Source: an uncultured delta proteobacterium (GTDB lineage: Bacteria; Desulfobacterota; Binatia; UBA9968). From it: a stretch of 64,000 bases of DNA. The stretch spans positions 1 through 64,000 of the forward strand of contig CAVTUQ010000011.1 of assembly GCA_963737905.1 (NCBI GenBank), read 5' to 3'. Positions within the stretch are counted from its first letter, which is position 1. Each line of letters begins with the position of its first letter. This document shows, piece after piece, positions 28,724 to 39,096 of the stretch. The notes under the pieces were generated by a model, which worked only from the letters and a program-made list of their open reading frames with translations, ran no database searches and was not told where the DNA came from. The position numbers and the translations under genes are program-made.

Positions 28724-31222
28724 CTAGTCATCAGATGAAACTGCATTCAACGGCTGCGGCGGACTGTCAAGCGAAGCGCACACCATCTGAATAATGTCGG
28801 CAGGATTATAAGGCTTCTCTATGAAACCCTGCACGCCGGCATGCTGCATTTTGGATTTGAGATCCGGCTCTATATATCCACTGGTGACAATAACTTTGAC
28901 ATTCGGGTTCTCTTTTTTCATCCGTAGAATCACTTCCCAACCCGCAATTTTAGGAAGGCCCAAATCCAGCAACACGACACGAATTTTCTCTTTATGACGA
29001 TGGTAGAGATCCATTGCCTGTTCACCGTCTGGAGCTACGAGAACATCGTATTCGTTCCGCAACAAGGCTTTCCTCAACAGGTAAACCATTTTTTCTTCGT
29101 CTTCGACGACGAGAACCATCCCGCCGCCCCTTGCGCGTTTTGGAGCCTCTAATGTTTCTCTTGACATCTCATCAACGGCCCGCTCGTCTTGAAAGAGGGC
29201 TATGGGGAAATATAAACGAAAAGTCGTTCCGCGCCCCAGTTCGCTTTCCACATCGATAAAGCCGTTGTGGCTTTTTACGATTCCGTAAACCATGGCGAGC
29301 CCCAACCCTGTACCCTCGCCAACCCTTTTGGTAGTGAAGAAGGGCTCGAAGATTCGGTTCCGGACGGCTACATCCATTCCTGAACCGGTGTCTTTTACCT
29401 CCATACACACGTAGGGCCCGGCCGTGGCCGCGAGATCTCGTACCTTAGCGGCTTCGACCGGGAGAGTCTTGAGGGTTAGCTTGCCGCCGCCGGGCATGGC
29501 GTCACGAGCATTGACGCATAGATTGAGCAGCGCTTGGTTGATTTGATTTGGATCTACCGATAGAGACGGCAAATCGGCCTCGAGTTCCAAAGCTATGTCG
29601 ATGGTCTTTGGAAACGTCTGCTTGAGCAATTTACTCAGCTCCAGCAAAAGCACATTGGGATTCGTAATCGCCAAGCGAGCTTCTGTTTTGCGCGCGAGAG
29701 TCAGTAACTGGCGCACGCCATAAGCTCCCCGTTCGACAGTCTCTTCGATGACGTTCAAGCTTTCGGCGACTTTCTCATCAACTGACGGATTCTGCCGGAT
29801 GAGGCCTGAGTATCCTTTAATGATATTCAAAATATTGTTGAAATCATGTGCGACACCGCCGGCCAGTGTACCGACGCTTTCCATCTTCTGAGCTTGCCAA
29901 AGCTGCGTTTCGAGCTTTTTATGCTCCTCCATCTCATTGTGAAGAGCCATATTGGCAAGCTCCAACTCGACCGTTCTTTCCTTAACCCGCTTTTCAAGCG
30001 CTTCGTGCGATTTAGCTAAAGTCTCTTTGGCCTCATGCAATGCCGTCTCGATCTGTTTGCGGCGTGTTATATCCCGAGCGATCTTCGAAGCGCCGATGAT
30101 TCTCCCCTCCGAATCTCTGATAGGGGATACGGTCAGCGAAATATCGACCAACCTTCCGTCCTTGCACTGACGAACCGTCTCGTAGTGTTCGATACGCTGG
30201 CCACGACGGATGCGCGCGAGAATCACCGCCTCCTCATCCTGGCGATCTGGTGGGATTAAAAGAGTGATCGGCTTGCCTATAATCTCCGAGTCTCGGTAGC
30301 CAAAAAGTTGCTCCGCACCACGATTCCAGCTTGCAATAACACCGTTCAGATCTTTACTGACAATAGCATCATCCGAAGACTCGACGATGGCGGCCAGTCT
30401 AACCTTGGCTACTTCTGCCTCTTTGCGCTCGGTGATATCCTGGAAAGCCAGGAGAATCATGTGCCCGGGATTACCTTCTCGATATAACCGGCGTGCGTCG
30501 AGCAGGACCGTCCGACGTCCGAGCGCCGGAAAGTCGTGCTCGACCTCGAGGGTCTGGAACTCGCTATCGTCGGAAATGGTCTCTTTCAACAGCGTCCACA
30601 ACCGGGGAGTATCCCAATGGTGGTTCCCCAAATCGTAGAGCGGAACACCTTGCGCATCATCACGCGAGACCTGGAACATCGCGTAGAAAGCCCGATTGGC
30701 CGTTTGCACCCGCAGGTCGGCGTCGAGGACCACCAAGGGTCCAATCACCGTGTTGAGGATCGCCTTCGTGTACTCGCGTTCGTAAATTGCCTGCTCCATA
30801 CTGGCACGGAAAGCGGTCACGTTCGTGAACGTGAGCACGGTGCCCCCGATCTGACGATCGCTTCTGTTGTACGGGGCTATTCGAAGAAGGAACCACCTGT
30901 CCCGATCCCGGACTTCGCGCCGGAATGGTTCCCTGTTCGCCATCACCCGCACGCACAGTTCCTCGAGATCCATAACGTTTATCAGCATTTGGATGTCGCG
31001 CGGGGACCTGCCGATGTTCGAAGAAGTGAGGCCGAGCACCGTTGCCGCGACCCGGTTGAATCGGGCCACAGTGAAGTCGCGGCCAACCGCGACTATGGGA
31101 AGATCGACAGTATCGAGGATGCCGACGACGTCGGCGCTGACCGAATCCGCACTCGCGGCATCGCCATGCGTCCCGCGGATATCGCTGGACCCGTTATCCT
31201 CTGCCCGCACCCGTGTCGTCAT
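28724..31222 (-). CDS. Cytoplasmic hybrid histidine kinase (3 PAS - HisKA - HATPase - REC)
   Basis: LAAIVESSDDAI, LAGGVAHDFNN, NLCVNARDAM, FEPFFTTK, GTGLGL and LLDLGLP. Confidence 0.93.
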   Translation of the reverse strand: MTTRVRAEDNGSSDIRGTHGDAASADSVSADVVGILDTVDLPIVAVGRDFTVARFNRVAATVLGLTSSNIGRSPRDIQMLINVMDLEELCVRVMANREPFRREVRDRDRWFLLRIAPYNRSDRQIGGTVLTFTNVTAFRASMEQAIYEREYTKAILNTVIGPLVVLDADLRVQTANRAFYAMFQVSRDDAQGVPLYDLGNHHWDTPRLWTLLKETISDDSEFQTLEVEHDFPALGRRTVLLDARRLYREGNPGHMILLAFQDITERKEAEVAKVRLAAIVESSDDAIVSKDLNGVIASWNRGAEQLFGYRDSEIIGKPITLLIPPDRQDEEAVILARIRRGQRIEHYETVRQCKDGRLVDISLTVSPIRDSEGRIIGASKIARDITRRKQIETALHEAKETLAKSHEALEKRVKERTVELELANMALHNEMEEHKKLETQLWQAQKMESVGTLAGGVAHDFNNILNIIKGYSGLIRQNPSVDEKVAESLNVIEETVERGAYGVRQLLTLARKTEARLAITNPNVLLLELSKLLKQTFPKTIDIALELEADLPSLSVDPNQINQALLNLCVNARDAMPGGGKLTLKTLPVEAAKVRDLAATAGPYVCMEVKDTGSGMDVAVRNRIFEPFFTTKRVGEGTGLGLAMVYGIVKSHNGFIDVESELGRGTTFRLYFPIALFQDERAVDEMSRETLEAPKRARGGGMVLVVEDEEKMVYLLRKALLRNEYDVLVAPDGEQAMDLYHRHKEKIRVVLLDLGLPKIAGWEVILRMKKENPNVKVIVTSGYIEPDLKSKMQHAGVQGFIEKPYNPADIIQMVCASLDSPPQPLNAVSSDD

Positions 31223-32112
31223 CGGTCTGGCTCCCCCGAAGCAGCGTAAAGAATCCGGCTTCGTTGCAGCACGGCATCAGCTACAAGCGGGAGAACCTGA
31301 CGCAATGCCAAGAGCAGCGCCTGAGGTCGCGGCATGTGGAACGGCGCCGGATAGCGCGAGAGGAGCTGCCCTTCAAGGACAAGGGCCTCGTCCGGTCCGA
31401 CCGTCTCGCGGAGCGCATCGGCGACGGCACGCTCGAGGCGAGCATAATCTTCCACGGGGATCAGATGAGAGTGGTTCTGCCCGAGCCTTGGCAGCATGCG
31501 AGTGTGCACCTCGCCCTTGAAGTTATCCATCAAAAACGAGCAGAAGATCGCGACTTCGTGCCCGTGGGCGAGCTGATCGAACAGATCCTCGAGGTTCATG
31601 CTAGCGGCTACGTCCCCTCGCTCCCAGAGGACGTTGACCATCTCGCCCCACCAGCGTAACTTCGGGTAGCGGCCTGCCCCGCGGGCCCGTGCGATGACGT
31701 CCCCGGCCAGGCCGAGGAACACCGGCGCGTCCGGCATCGCTTCACGCATGAAGCGCGGCAGAAGTTCATCGGCGTCAACGACGGTTAGCTGTCCACGGCC
31801 CTGCATGGCCTTCACATCCACGCCTTCGGCCTCCAGGCGAGGACGAAAGGTGTTCCAGTGGGCCAGCGTTGGCACCAGGATGACAGCTTCGCCATTCGCA
31901 AGCGCGGCAGCCGCGAACCGACAGACAGCGCGATTGAGAAAGTGTTGATCCTGGTAAAGCTGCACGATGTGATCGCGCGGTGCCGCGTCGGTCAAAAGAC
32001 GGTGCCAAGGCTGAGGCTGGCCCCCAGCGCCGTCCGCTTCACACGTTAGGTCGTCTGCGCCGCCGATAACAAGCTCATCTCTTGTTTGTCTCAGGCTGCC
32101 CTCATGTTTCAT
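31219..32112 (-). CDS. MEDS-domain sensor protein
   Basis: DHIVQLY, LANGEAVIL, RWWGEMVNVLW, LEDLF and HSHLIP; 4-bp overlap with the kinase. Confidence 0.82.
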   Translation of the reverse strand: MKHEGSLRQTRDELVIGGADDLTCEADGAGGQPQPWHRLLTDAAPRDHIVQLYQDQHFLNRAVCRFAAAALANGEAVILVPTLAHWNTFRPRLEAEGVDVKAMQGRGQLTVVDADELLPRFMREAMPDAPVFLGLAGDVIARARGAGRYPKLRWWGEMVNVLWERGDVAASMNLEDLFDQLAHGHEVAIFCSFLMDNFKGEVHTRMLPRLGQNHSHLIPVEDYARLERAVADALRETVGPDEALVLEGQLLSRYPAPFHMPRPQALLLALRQVLPLVADAVLQRSRILYAASGEPDR

Positions 32113-32357
32113 TGCTAGTCCTCCGATTAAGGTTGCTTAAGGAGCTACAGCCTTACAAGAAGCGCCTCAACCTGGCTTTTCGACTAAAATGGATAGCCTA
32201 CGGCGCCCTTCCAGCTCGTCGATGAAAATGCGGTCCGGCCCCAGTTCTTTTATTAGCTCAGATTCCAGCATGTGGGGAGATTACTGTATGCTGTCATTTA
32301 TTTGGATGTTGTCAATATAGATAGTATGGGGGCCAGGTCGTTTTGCATGATTATTGA

Positions 32358-33053
32358 CTATGCCGATCCTTTCAGGATGTTTTCAAGCCGTTCAGGGTTG
32401 ACGATGATACGCCGCCCTTCGCGAAAGATGATCTTCTCGCGGTCGAAGTTATTGAGATATTCGGTTACTTGCTGGCGCGAGGCCCCTACAATGCCGGCAA
32501 GACCTTCGTGACTGATATTTAGCACGATAGAGATTCCACGGGGGTCGGTTGTGCCAAAGCGATCCGCCAGATTAAGCAGCTCGAGGGCGAGGCGCCGGCG
32601 CAGATCCAGCCCGATGCCTTTGATGCAGTGAACGTACGCATTCCTGTCGGAATGGATCGTCGCAGTGTACCAGCGGATAAAATTATCGTAGGGAGTCCCC
32701 AAAAATATTTCAACAAACGTCTCCGGTTTAATGGCTCCGATCCTGCAGTGATCAAATGCTTCGCAACGGAAAGCGTGATGGGCTTGCGGAAGAAGCGAGT
32801 CAATTCCAAAGAGCTCTCCGGCGGGCAGCAGACTCACAATGGTCTGCCGTTGGTGGCTGTTGATAAAGGAGACCCTAACAATTCCCGACAACAGTAGATA
32901 AATGAATCTTGCTTCGTCGTCCTGGTCAAAAACAAGCTCTTTTTTTGCCAACGTTTTTATCGACAAATGGGACGCTAATTGTTCCAACTGGGTAGCAGAA
33001 AAAGAGGCAAGGTTTTTCAACTGCCGCAAGTCTTTTACGTTCACTTGATTCAT
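32358..33053 (-). CDS. Crp/Fnr family transcriptional regulator
   Basis: cNMP-binding domain (GELFG); HTH ISHEGLAGIVGASRQQVT. Confidence 0.92.
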   Translation of the reverse strand: MNQVNVKDLRQLKNLASFSATQLEQLASHLSIKTLAKKELVFDQDDEARFIYLLLSGIVRVSFINSHQRQTIVSLLPAGELFGIDSLLPQAHHAFRCEAFDHCRIGAIKPETFVEIFLGTPYDNFIRWYTATIHSDRNAYVHCIKGIGLDLRRRLALELLNLADRFGTTDPRGISIVLNISHEGLAGIVGASRQQVTEYLNNFDREKIIFREGRRIIVNPERLENILKGSA

Positions 33054-33095
33054 CGATGTCTCAAAGTATAGCTAACATAACGGCATCATAATTGT

Positions 33096-33111
33096 TGTCA
33101 CGAATCTGACA
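33096..33111. promoter_or_regulatory. Candidate Crp/Fnr-family box
   Basis: Perfect TGTCA-N6-TGACA just upstream of the Crp/Fnr gene. Confidence 0.6.
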
Positions 33112-33397
33112 TTTATAGTCGCGGCCCACCCAAGGTAGGACTTATTACGGCGGATGAACAAAGCGGCACACGCTAGGTCCTATCCCCAGCCGCGAGGGTA
33201 CTCGGCCCCAAAGCATCGGCAGGCGACTTCTGGCCAAAGTGGCGCTCGCTCGCGAGCCACCGCTCGTTTCTGAAAGGGTTGCGGGAGCTGTACAAGAACG
33301 CGATCCGAGGTTTTCGGAAAACGCCTTAACAATTCGCGTCTAATTTTTATCGGGAGAATCGGCAGATTTGGACCCAAGCGGCCGTCGCTACAAATCG

Positions 33398-33838
33398 CTA
33401 ATATTTACCGCGCCGGGGGACAGCGGGGCGGGAAACTTCCTTGAGTGTTTCGCCGAGCAGTTCGCTTTGGCCCGCATGTACCGCCAGATCGCCCAGTGAT
33501 ACAATGCCTACAAGACGCTTTTCGCGACTCAATATCGGCAAACGGCGAATCTGTCTGGCCTCCATGAGACTTATTGCTTCCTCGATTTCCTGATCTTCAA
33601 AACAATAGGCAATCTCTTTGGACATGATGTCGGAGACTTTGGTTTTCGACGGACTCCGCCCTGCCGCTGTAGCTCTCACGGTAATATCGCGATCGGTCAA
33701 TGTACCTTTCAGCTCGTCTCCCTCGCATACCGGGATGAGCCCAACGTCGAGATCTTTCATTTTGGCCGCCGCTTCTTTCAATAAGGCATTGGAGCCGATG
33801 ACTTCCACATCCCTGGTCATTATTTCGCCCAGGCGCAT
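33398..33838 (-). CDS. CBS-domain pair protein
   Basis: EIMTRDV, GTLTDRDI, QIRRLPI and VGIVSLGDLA. Confidence 0.92.
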   Translation of the reverse strand: MRLGEIMTRDVEVIGSNALLKEAAAKMKDLDVGLIPVCEGDELKGTLTDRDITVRATAAGRSPSKTKVSDIMSKEIAYCFEDQEIEEAISLMEARQIRRLPILSREKRLVGIVSLGDLAVHAGQSELLGETLKEVSRPAVPRRGKY

Positions 33839-33894
33839 GATAACCTCCCTGGTTCTTCCTGTTAATTATCCAATGTTTGCTTAAAACCCGTTGG

Positions 33895-33910
33895 TGCAAG
33901 GAACATACCA
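33895..33910 (-). promoter_or_regulatory. sigma54 -24/-12 promoter
   Basis: TGGTAT-GTTCC-TTGCA on the minus strand. Confidence 0.8.
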
Positions 33911-34161
33911 GATCAGTTCTTTTAAAAGTGTTGGAGTTGTTGGATTGCGAGCGAATTTCTCGAGCTGAGTAAGGTAAAAGGGTTATATAGTCCGGATGGG
34001 CCGGCTTGTAGCAACCGCGGTTCGGGAACGGAAGACCAAAGACGTTCCCGGCGTGCTGTCCTAATTTAGCTATCATTATTCTTTGCGCTTATGGAAAATC
34101 CGTACACGAAGCAAAGCTTCTGGCAAAGATTTTCCGGCACATGAAAACTTCGACCGCCCCC

Positions 34162-34195
34162 ATAGCGGAAAACGACATATCTGTTAGGATTTTTT
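34162..34195 (+). promoter_or_regulatory. Putative extended -10 promoter; motif shared with the sucA upstream region
   Basis: ATAGCG-N17-TAGGAT with TG extension; 21-bp identity to 50043-50063 (minus). Confidence 0.55.
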
Positions 34196-34244
34196 TTAAC
34201 TGGTGATAAAACATCCGGGCGATGAGCAAAGGTGATTGGTTCTT

Positions 34245-35951
34245 ATGACGGACAGGTTCGGCATTGCCGCTGATTTGCGCAAGATTGCCCGTCTCTTAGA
34301 AATAAAAGGCGAGAATCCTTTTAAGACGCAGGCCTATGAGCGAGGCGCGAGCGCTGTAGAAAATCACCAGGGCGATTTCGACGCTCTCGTCAAAACCGGT
34401 CGCCTCAAGGAAATCCCCGGCATAGGTACGGCTCTCGCGGCGATTATCGAGGAAATCTACCACACCGGTGAATGTTGGATGCTGCAACAGTTGCTGGAAG
34501 GGATGCCGCCCGGCGTGATCGAGCTCAGTGCGGTTCCTGGACTAAATCTAAAAAAAATCATTGCGTTGCATGACACGCTGGGTATCGAAAGCATCGCGGA
34601 TCTCAAAGCCGCTTGCCAAGAAGGTTCGGTCGGTAGAGTCAAAGGTTTCGGCCTGAAGTCACAGGCAAAGCTCCTTTCAGATATTGAGTCCCTGCAGATT
34701 CCGAAAGATGGTTCTCTGCTGCTCAGTCACGCCCTGGAAACAGCGGAGCGAATTCTGCTGCATCTCCGCGCGGGTCCGGAGTTGATCGAAGCGGATTTTG
34801 CAGGAGGGCTCCGGCGGCGCAAAGAAACGGTGCGGCGGATTTGTATCGTCGCCGCCAGCAATCAATCCGGGCAGGTCCTCGATCGATTTCTCCGCTTTCC
34901 AGCGCTGGCCCACACCGATGAGCTGGATGAAAACCGATGCCTTGCGCGATTGGCAGGCGGTCTGCGCGTGGAACTCACCGTTGTGGCGCCAAAGGACTAC
35001 GTTGCCGCGCTTCATGCTCGAACCGGCTCGCGGCGCCATATTGCCAAACTGGACAATTTAGCACGCTCGAAATCGATGACCTTGTATCCCGAGGCGCCGA
35101 ACAGCGGCGGTGGCCAGACGGGCACCGAGAAGGAAATTTACCGGCGTCTCGGCATTCAGTATATCCCGCCGGAAATGCGCGAAGATGAAGGTGAAATCGA
35201 AATCGCCAGCTCCGGCAGACTAACGCAGCCGGTAGAGCTTGCCGATATTCGCGGCATGACGCACTGCCACACGGTTTACTCTGACGGCCGGAACAGCATC
35301 GAAGAGATGGCCTTGGCGGCAGAGGCCATGGGCATGACCTATCTCACGATCACCGATCATTCACCCAGCGCCCACTATGCCCGCGGCGTCGGGATTGATC
35401 GTTTACGAGCGCAGTGGGACGAGATCGCGCGGGTGCAGCAGCGCGTCAAGATAAAGCTTCTGAAAGGCACCGAATCGGATATCCTTGAAGATGGCTCGCT
35501 GGACTATCCCGATCATTTTCTGGAGCAATTCGATATCATCATAGCGAGTATTCATTCGCGTCACAGGATGGATGCCGACCAAATGACCCAGCGGCTGTTG
35601 CGCGCGCTCAAGTTGCCGTTATTCAAGATCTGGGGGCACCCGCTCGGCAGATTGATCGGATCGCGTCCTTCGCTCGAATGCCGAATGGGTCAGGTGCTGG
35701 ACGCCATCGCCGAGTCGAAATGCGCCATCGAAGTCAACGGCGACCCGCACCGTCTCGACCTCGAGCCGGACTGGATTCGCGCCGCACGAACCCGCGGTAT
35801 TAAATTCATTGTATCAACCGACGCCCATTCGATCGGCGGGCTAGGAAGTTTGCACTACGGTGTCTCTACGGCGCGGCGCGGATGGCTTTCGCGCGATGAA
35901 GTCCTGAATACGCTCGATGCTGAAGATTTCATGCGAGCCGTTCATCCATGA
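34245..35951 (+). CDS. polX: DNA polymerase X / PHP-domain protein with degenerate polymerase site
   Basis: GENPFK, HhH IPGIG, GGLRRRKETV and YIPPEMRED; PHP motifs HCHTVYSDG, TDHS and TDAH. Confidence 0.9.
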   Translation: MTDRFGIAADLRKIARLLEIKGENPFKTQAYERGASAVENHQGDFDALVKTGRLKEIPGIGTALAAIIEEIYHTGECWMLQQLLEGMPPGVIELSAVPGLNLKKIIALHDTLGIESIADLKAACQEGSVGRVKGFGLKSQAKLLSDIESLQIPKDGSLLLSHALETAERILLHLRAGPELIEADFAGGLRRRKETVRRICIVAASNQSGQVLDRFLRFPALAHTDELDENRCLARLAGGLRVELTVVAPKDYVAALHARTGSRRHIAKLDNLARSKSMTLYPEAPNSGGGQTGTEKEIYRRLGIQYIPPEMREDEGEIEIASSGRLTQPVELADIRGMTHCHTVYSDGRNSIEEMALAAEAMGMTYLTITDHSPSAHYARGVGIDRLRAQWDEIARVQQRVKIKLLKGTESDILEDGSLDYPDHFLEQFDIIIASIHSRHRMDADQMTQRLLRALKLPLFKIWGHPLGRLIGSRPSLECRMGQVLDAIAESKCAIEVNGDPHRLDLEPDWIRAARTRGIKFIVSTDAHSIGGLGSLHYGVSTARRGWLSRDEVLNTLDAEDFMRAVHP

Positions 35952-36586
35952 ACCGTGTGTTTGTGCTCTCGCCGGCAAATTGCAATGGAGTGCGCGCCCG
36001 GTGGCTGCTCAGGAAAAACAGCCGATCCGATCTGGCACAACGGCTCCGCAGCCCGGGTGTGTCGCTGGGAGAGGTTTTTAGCTTTTTGAGCGCCCTCTAT
36101 TTTCGCGGCAAGCTCGCCTATGCACAGGTTTTTTCCCGCCCGCCTTCCGATTGCCCGGGAATTCTTATCATCACCCCTACCGCCGGTCTTATGCCACACG
36201 ATACCATGATCCAACTCGCGAAACTGCGAGGATTTGGCCGCGTCCCCATCCATGTCAAGAACCAGGCCTACTCTTCCTCGCTCCGGCGCACCGCCAAAAA
36301 ACTCGCTAGACGAATGGGTCCCAATTGTGAGGTCGTTCTTCTCGGAAGTCTTGCCACCCGCAAATATCTAGACATTTTGAGTCCAATTTTCGGCAGCCGG
36401 CTCATGGTTCCTGCGGAATTTATCGGTCGGGGGGACATGAGTCGCGGTGGCCTGCTGTTGCGCTCAGTACGAGAAAATCGTGAGTTGAATTATATCAACG
36501 GAACTCCTTCCAACCTTCTGCGACCCAAATCGATGCCGTCGGTTCAACTCGCGGCCAGCAGCCGCGATGGATCTTCTCCCGTATAA
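35948..36586 (+). CDS. Hypothetical protein coupled to polX (YaaA/DUF6884-like motifs)
   Basis: ATGA overlap; VLSPA, LYFRGKLAYA, IITPTAGL and GRGDMSRGGLLLR. Confidence 0.75.
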   Translation: MNRVFVLSPANCNGVRARWLLRKNSRSDLAQRLRSPGVSLGEVFSFLSALYFRGKLAYAQVFSRPPSDCPGILIITPTAGLMPHDTMIQLAKLRGFGRVPIHVKNQAYSSSLRRTAKKLARRMGPNCEVVLLGSLATRKYLDILSPIFGSRLMVPAEFIGRGDMSRGGLLLRSVRENRELNYINGTPSNLLRPKSMPSVQLAASSRDGSSPV

Positions 36587-36809
36587 TCGGTTAGTTTGAG
36601 CGATGAAGAAATCAAGTGCGTTTAGAATCAAATCGACGTTCTGTCTGTTTTTCTCGCACACGAATGTAGATAAATCTTCTACTATGAAAGAGGGTTGATC
36701 CACGCGAGAACGTTCAGGAAGCCCGTGTTTTTGAATTAAGGGGAACAATCCTGCTGATTATCCTATTTTTCACTCGTCGGCCGCATTGCCGTGGACGAGT
36801 TGCTTCTTC

Positions 36810-36825
36810 TGGCACGGCTCTTGCC
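36810..36825 (+). promoter_or_regulatory. sigma54 -24/-12 promoter (ppk1 operon)
   Basis: TGGCAC-GGCTC-TTGCC. Confidence 0.75.
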
Positions 36826-36965
36826 CAATAGCGCATGGAGAATCAAAAAACAGCATATGTCGAAAAATAATATACTATAGTCAATAGAAATCGGACAAGA
36901 GTAGGAGGAGACGCGGAGTATCCTCCGTTCTGAATGGGTCAGACAGTTTTTTGGAGACCGCTTTG

Positions 36966-39096
36966 ATGGATGACTTGCTGATTAACCGCGATCTATCATG
37001 GCTTGAATTCAATCGACGCGTTTTGGAGGAAGCCAAAGACCCCTCGGTCCCGCTCCTTGAGCGTGTAAAGTTTCTCGCCATCGTCAGTTCCAATCTTGAC
37101 GAATTTTTTATGGTCCGGGTGGCCGGTCTGAAGCGCCGCGCCAACAACAGCGAGACATCTTCGGACGGCATCACCGAAGCGTCGGTCTTGACAGCGATAT
37201 CCCAAAAAGCCCATGAGCTTGTGGAAGAACAGCATCTCTGTTTTCTCAATACTGTTTTGCCGCGGCTCAGAGCTGAAGGGATTCATTTGCTTCGCCCGGA
37301 GGAAATAAGCCGCGAGCAAGAAGCAATTTCTGGAAGATTACTTTCAAAAGACGCTTTACCCCATAGTGACTCCGTTGGCCATCGATCCGGGTCATCCATT
37401 CCCTTATCTAGCTAACCGTTCGCTTTGTTTGTTTGTGACTCTGAAGGCGAAGGATATTTCGCCTTTGCCTCACACGGAACTTTCTATCGTTCATATTCCA
37501 GCTCAAGTTGTCCGGAGGTTCATTCAGCTCCCGAGCAAGGAAGGGCAATACGCATTCGTGTTGCTGGAAGACGTCCTTCGACAGTATTTGCCGCGTCTCT
37601 ATCATGGTTTTGACCTGCTCTCGACTTATGCCATTCGTGTTACGCGAGACGCTGAATTCGCCCTTGTGCGGCGACGGAATGAGGATTTGCTGATGACCAT
37701 CGAACAGGGAATCCGGGAGCGCCGTATGGGCGACGCCGTTCGTTTGCAGTATGATCCGGACCTCCCCAAAGAACTATTAACTCAGCTCATGGAAGAACTC
37801 GAGTTGACCGGAGAGGATCTCTACCCAGCCAGGGGCTTTACCGCCTTTACTGACTTGTTGCAGCTGTATACGGCCGCAAACGTTCCCCGACTGAAAGACC
37901 GCATTCAGCCGGCTTTGGCGCTTCCTTCATTCGACCGCGGTCCCGATATCTGGAATGCCATCAGAAACGGGGATGTAATGATTGTTCATCCCTATCAGTC
38001 ATTTGACCCGGTCACTCGCTTCGTGGAAGAGGCGGCGAAAGACCCCAAAGTCTTGGCGATCAAAATGACGCTGTATCGCGTAAGTCCGAATTCGCCCATC
38101 GCCCAAGCGCTCCTGCGCGCGGCCGAAGCCGGCAAAGAGGTATCGGTTTTGGTGGAGCTTCAGGCCCGCTTCGATGAGGAGGCGAACATCACGTGGGCCA
38201 GAGCGCTGGAAGAAGTGGGCGCTCACGTGGTGTATGGATTAGTGGGCTATAAGACCCATTGTAAGGCGTGCCTCATAGTCAGGCAGGAAGCCGACGGCAT
38301 TCGCCGCTATTGTCATCTAGCCACGGGTAACTATAACGTCCGAACGAGCGGTATTTACAGCGATATCGGCCTCTTTACTTGTCGCGAAAGCTTTGGCGAG
38401 GACCTTACGGAACTCTTCAACTTGCTCACGGGCTATGCCCGGCCACAAAAATTTCACCATCTCGTGTTAGCTCCGAGCGGCTTGAGGGAATACTTTATCA
38501 CTCTCATTCGGAGAGAAGCCGAACGGGCGCGTGCCGGCCAACCCGCCCGCATTATAGCCAAAGTGAATAGCCTTATCGATGTTGCCGTCATCAAAGAACT
38601 TTACGACGCCCACCAGGCCGGCGTCCAGATCGATCTTATCGTGCGCGGTATGTGCAGCCTGCGGCCCGGCCTTCAAGGAGTCTCCGAGGGCATTCGTGTC
38701 GTTTCGATTGTCGATCGATATCTTGAACATGCGCGAATCTTTTACTTTCAAAACGGCGGTAACGACACTTTTCTTCTGGCATCGGCGGATTGGATGCCCC
38801 GCAATTTCGATCGCCGCATCGAAATTGCTTTTCCTATCATCGAACCACGTTTACAAGCATCGTTGAAAGACTTTTTGGAACTACAGCTAGCTGACACCGT
38901 AAAGGGGTGGTGGATGCAGCCGGACGGTGATTATATCAGAAGGCCGAATAAGGACCCCGCCGGTCTCCGTTTTCAGGAGCGATTCTATGAAATCTTGCGA
39001 ACCGGGAACAAGTGTTCGTCCGATAAAGTATCGCCATCGATTGCTCGAGGGAGTCCTACCCTAGGAGGAGCCTGTGAAAGTAACCCTCATACATAA
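36966..39096 (+). pseudogene. ppk1: Polyphosphate kinase 1, +1 frameshift near 37318
   Basis: NRDLSWLEFNRRVL and NLDEFFMVRVAG in ORF 1; TPLAIDPGHPFP, IKMTLYR, ARFDEEAN and SADWMPRNFDRRIE in ORF 2. Confidence 0.88.

Noticed and set aside
36464-36748. 94-aa minus-strand ORF (also 44231-44458 and 22365-22715)
   Set aside because: No RBS or motif support; partial overlap with better genes or repeats
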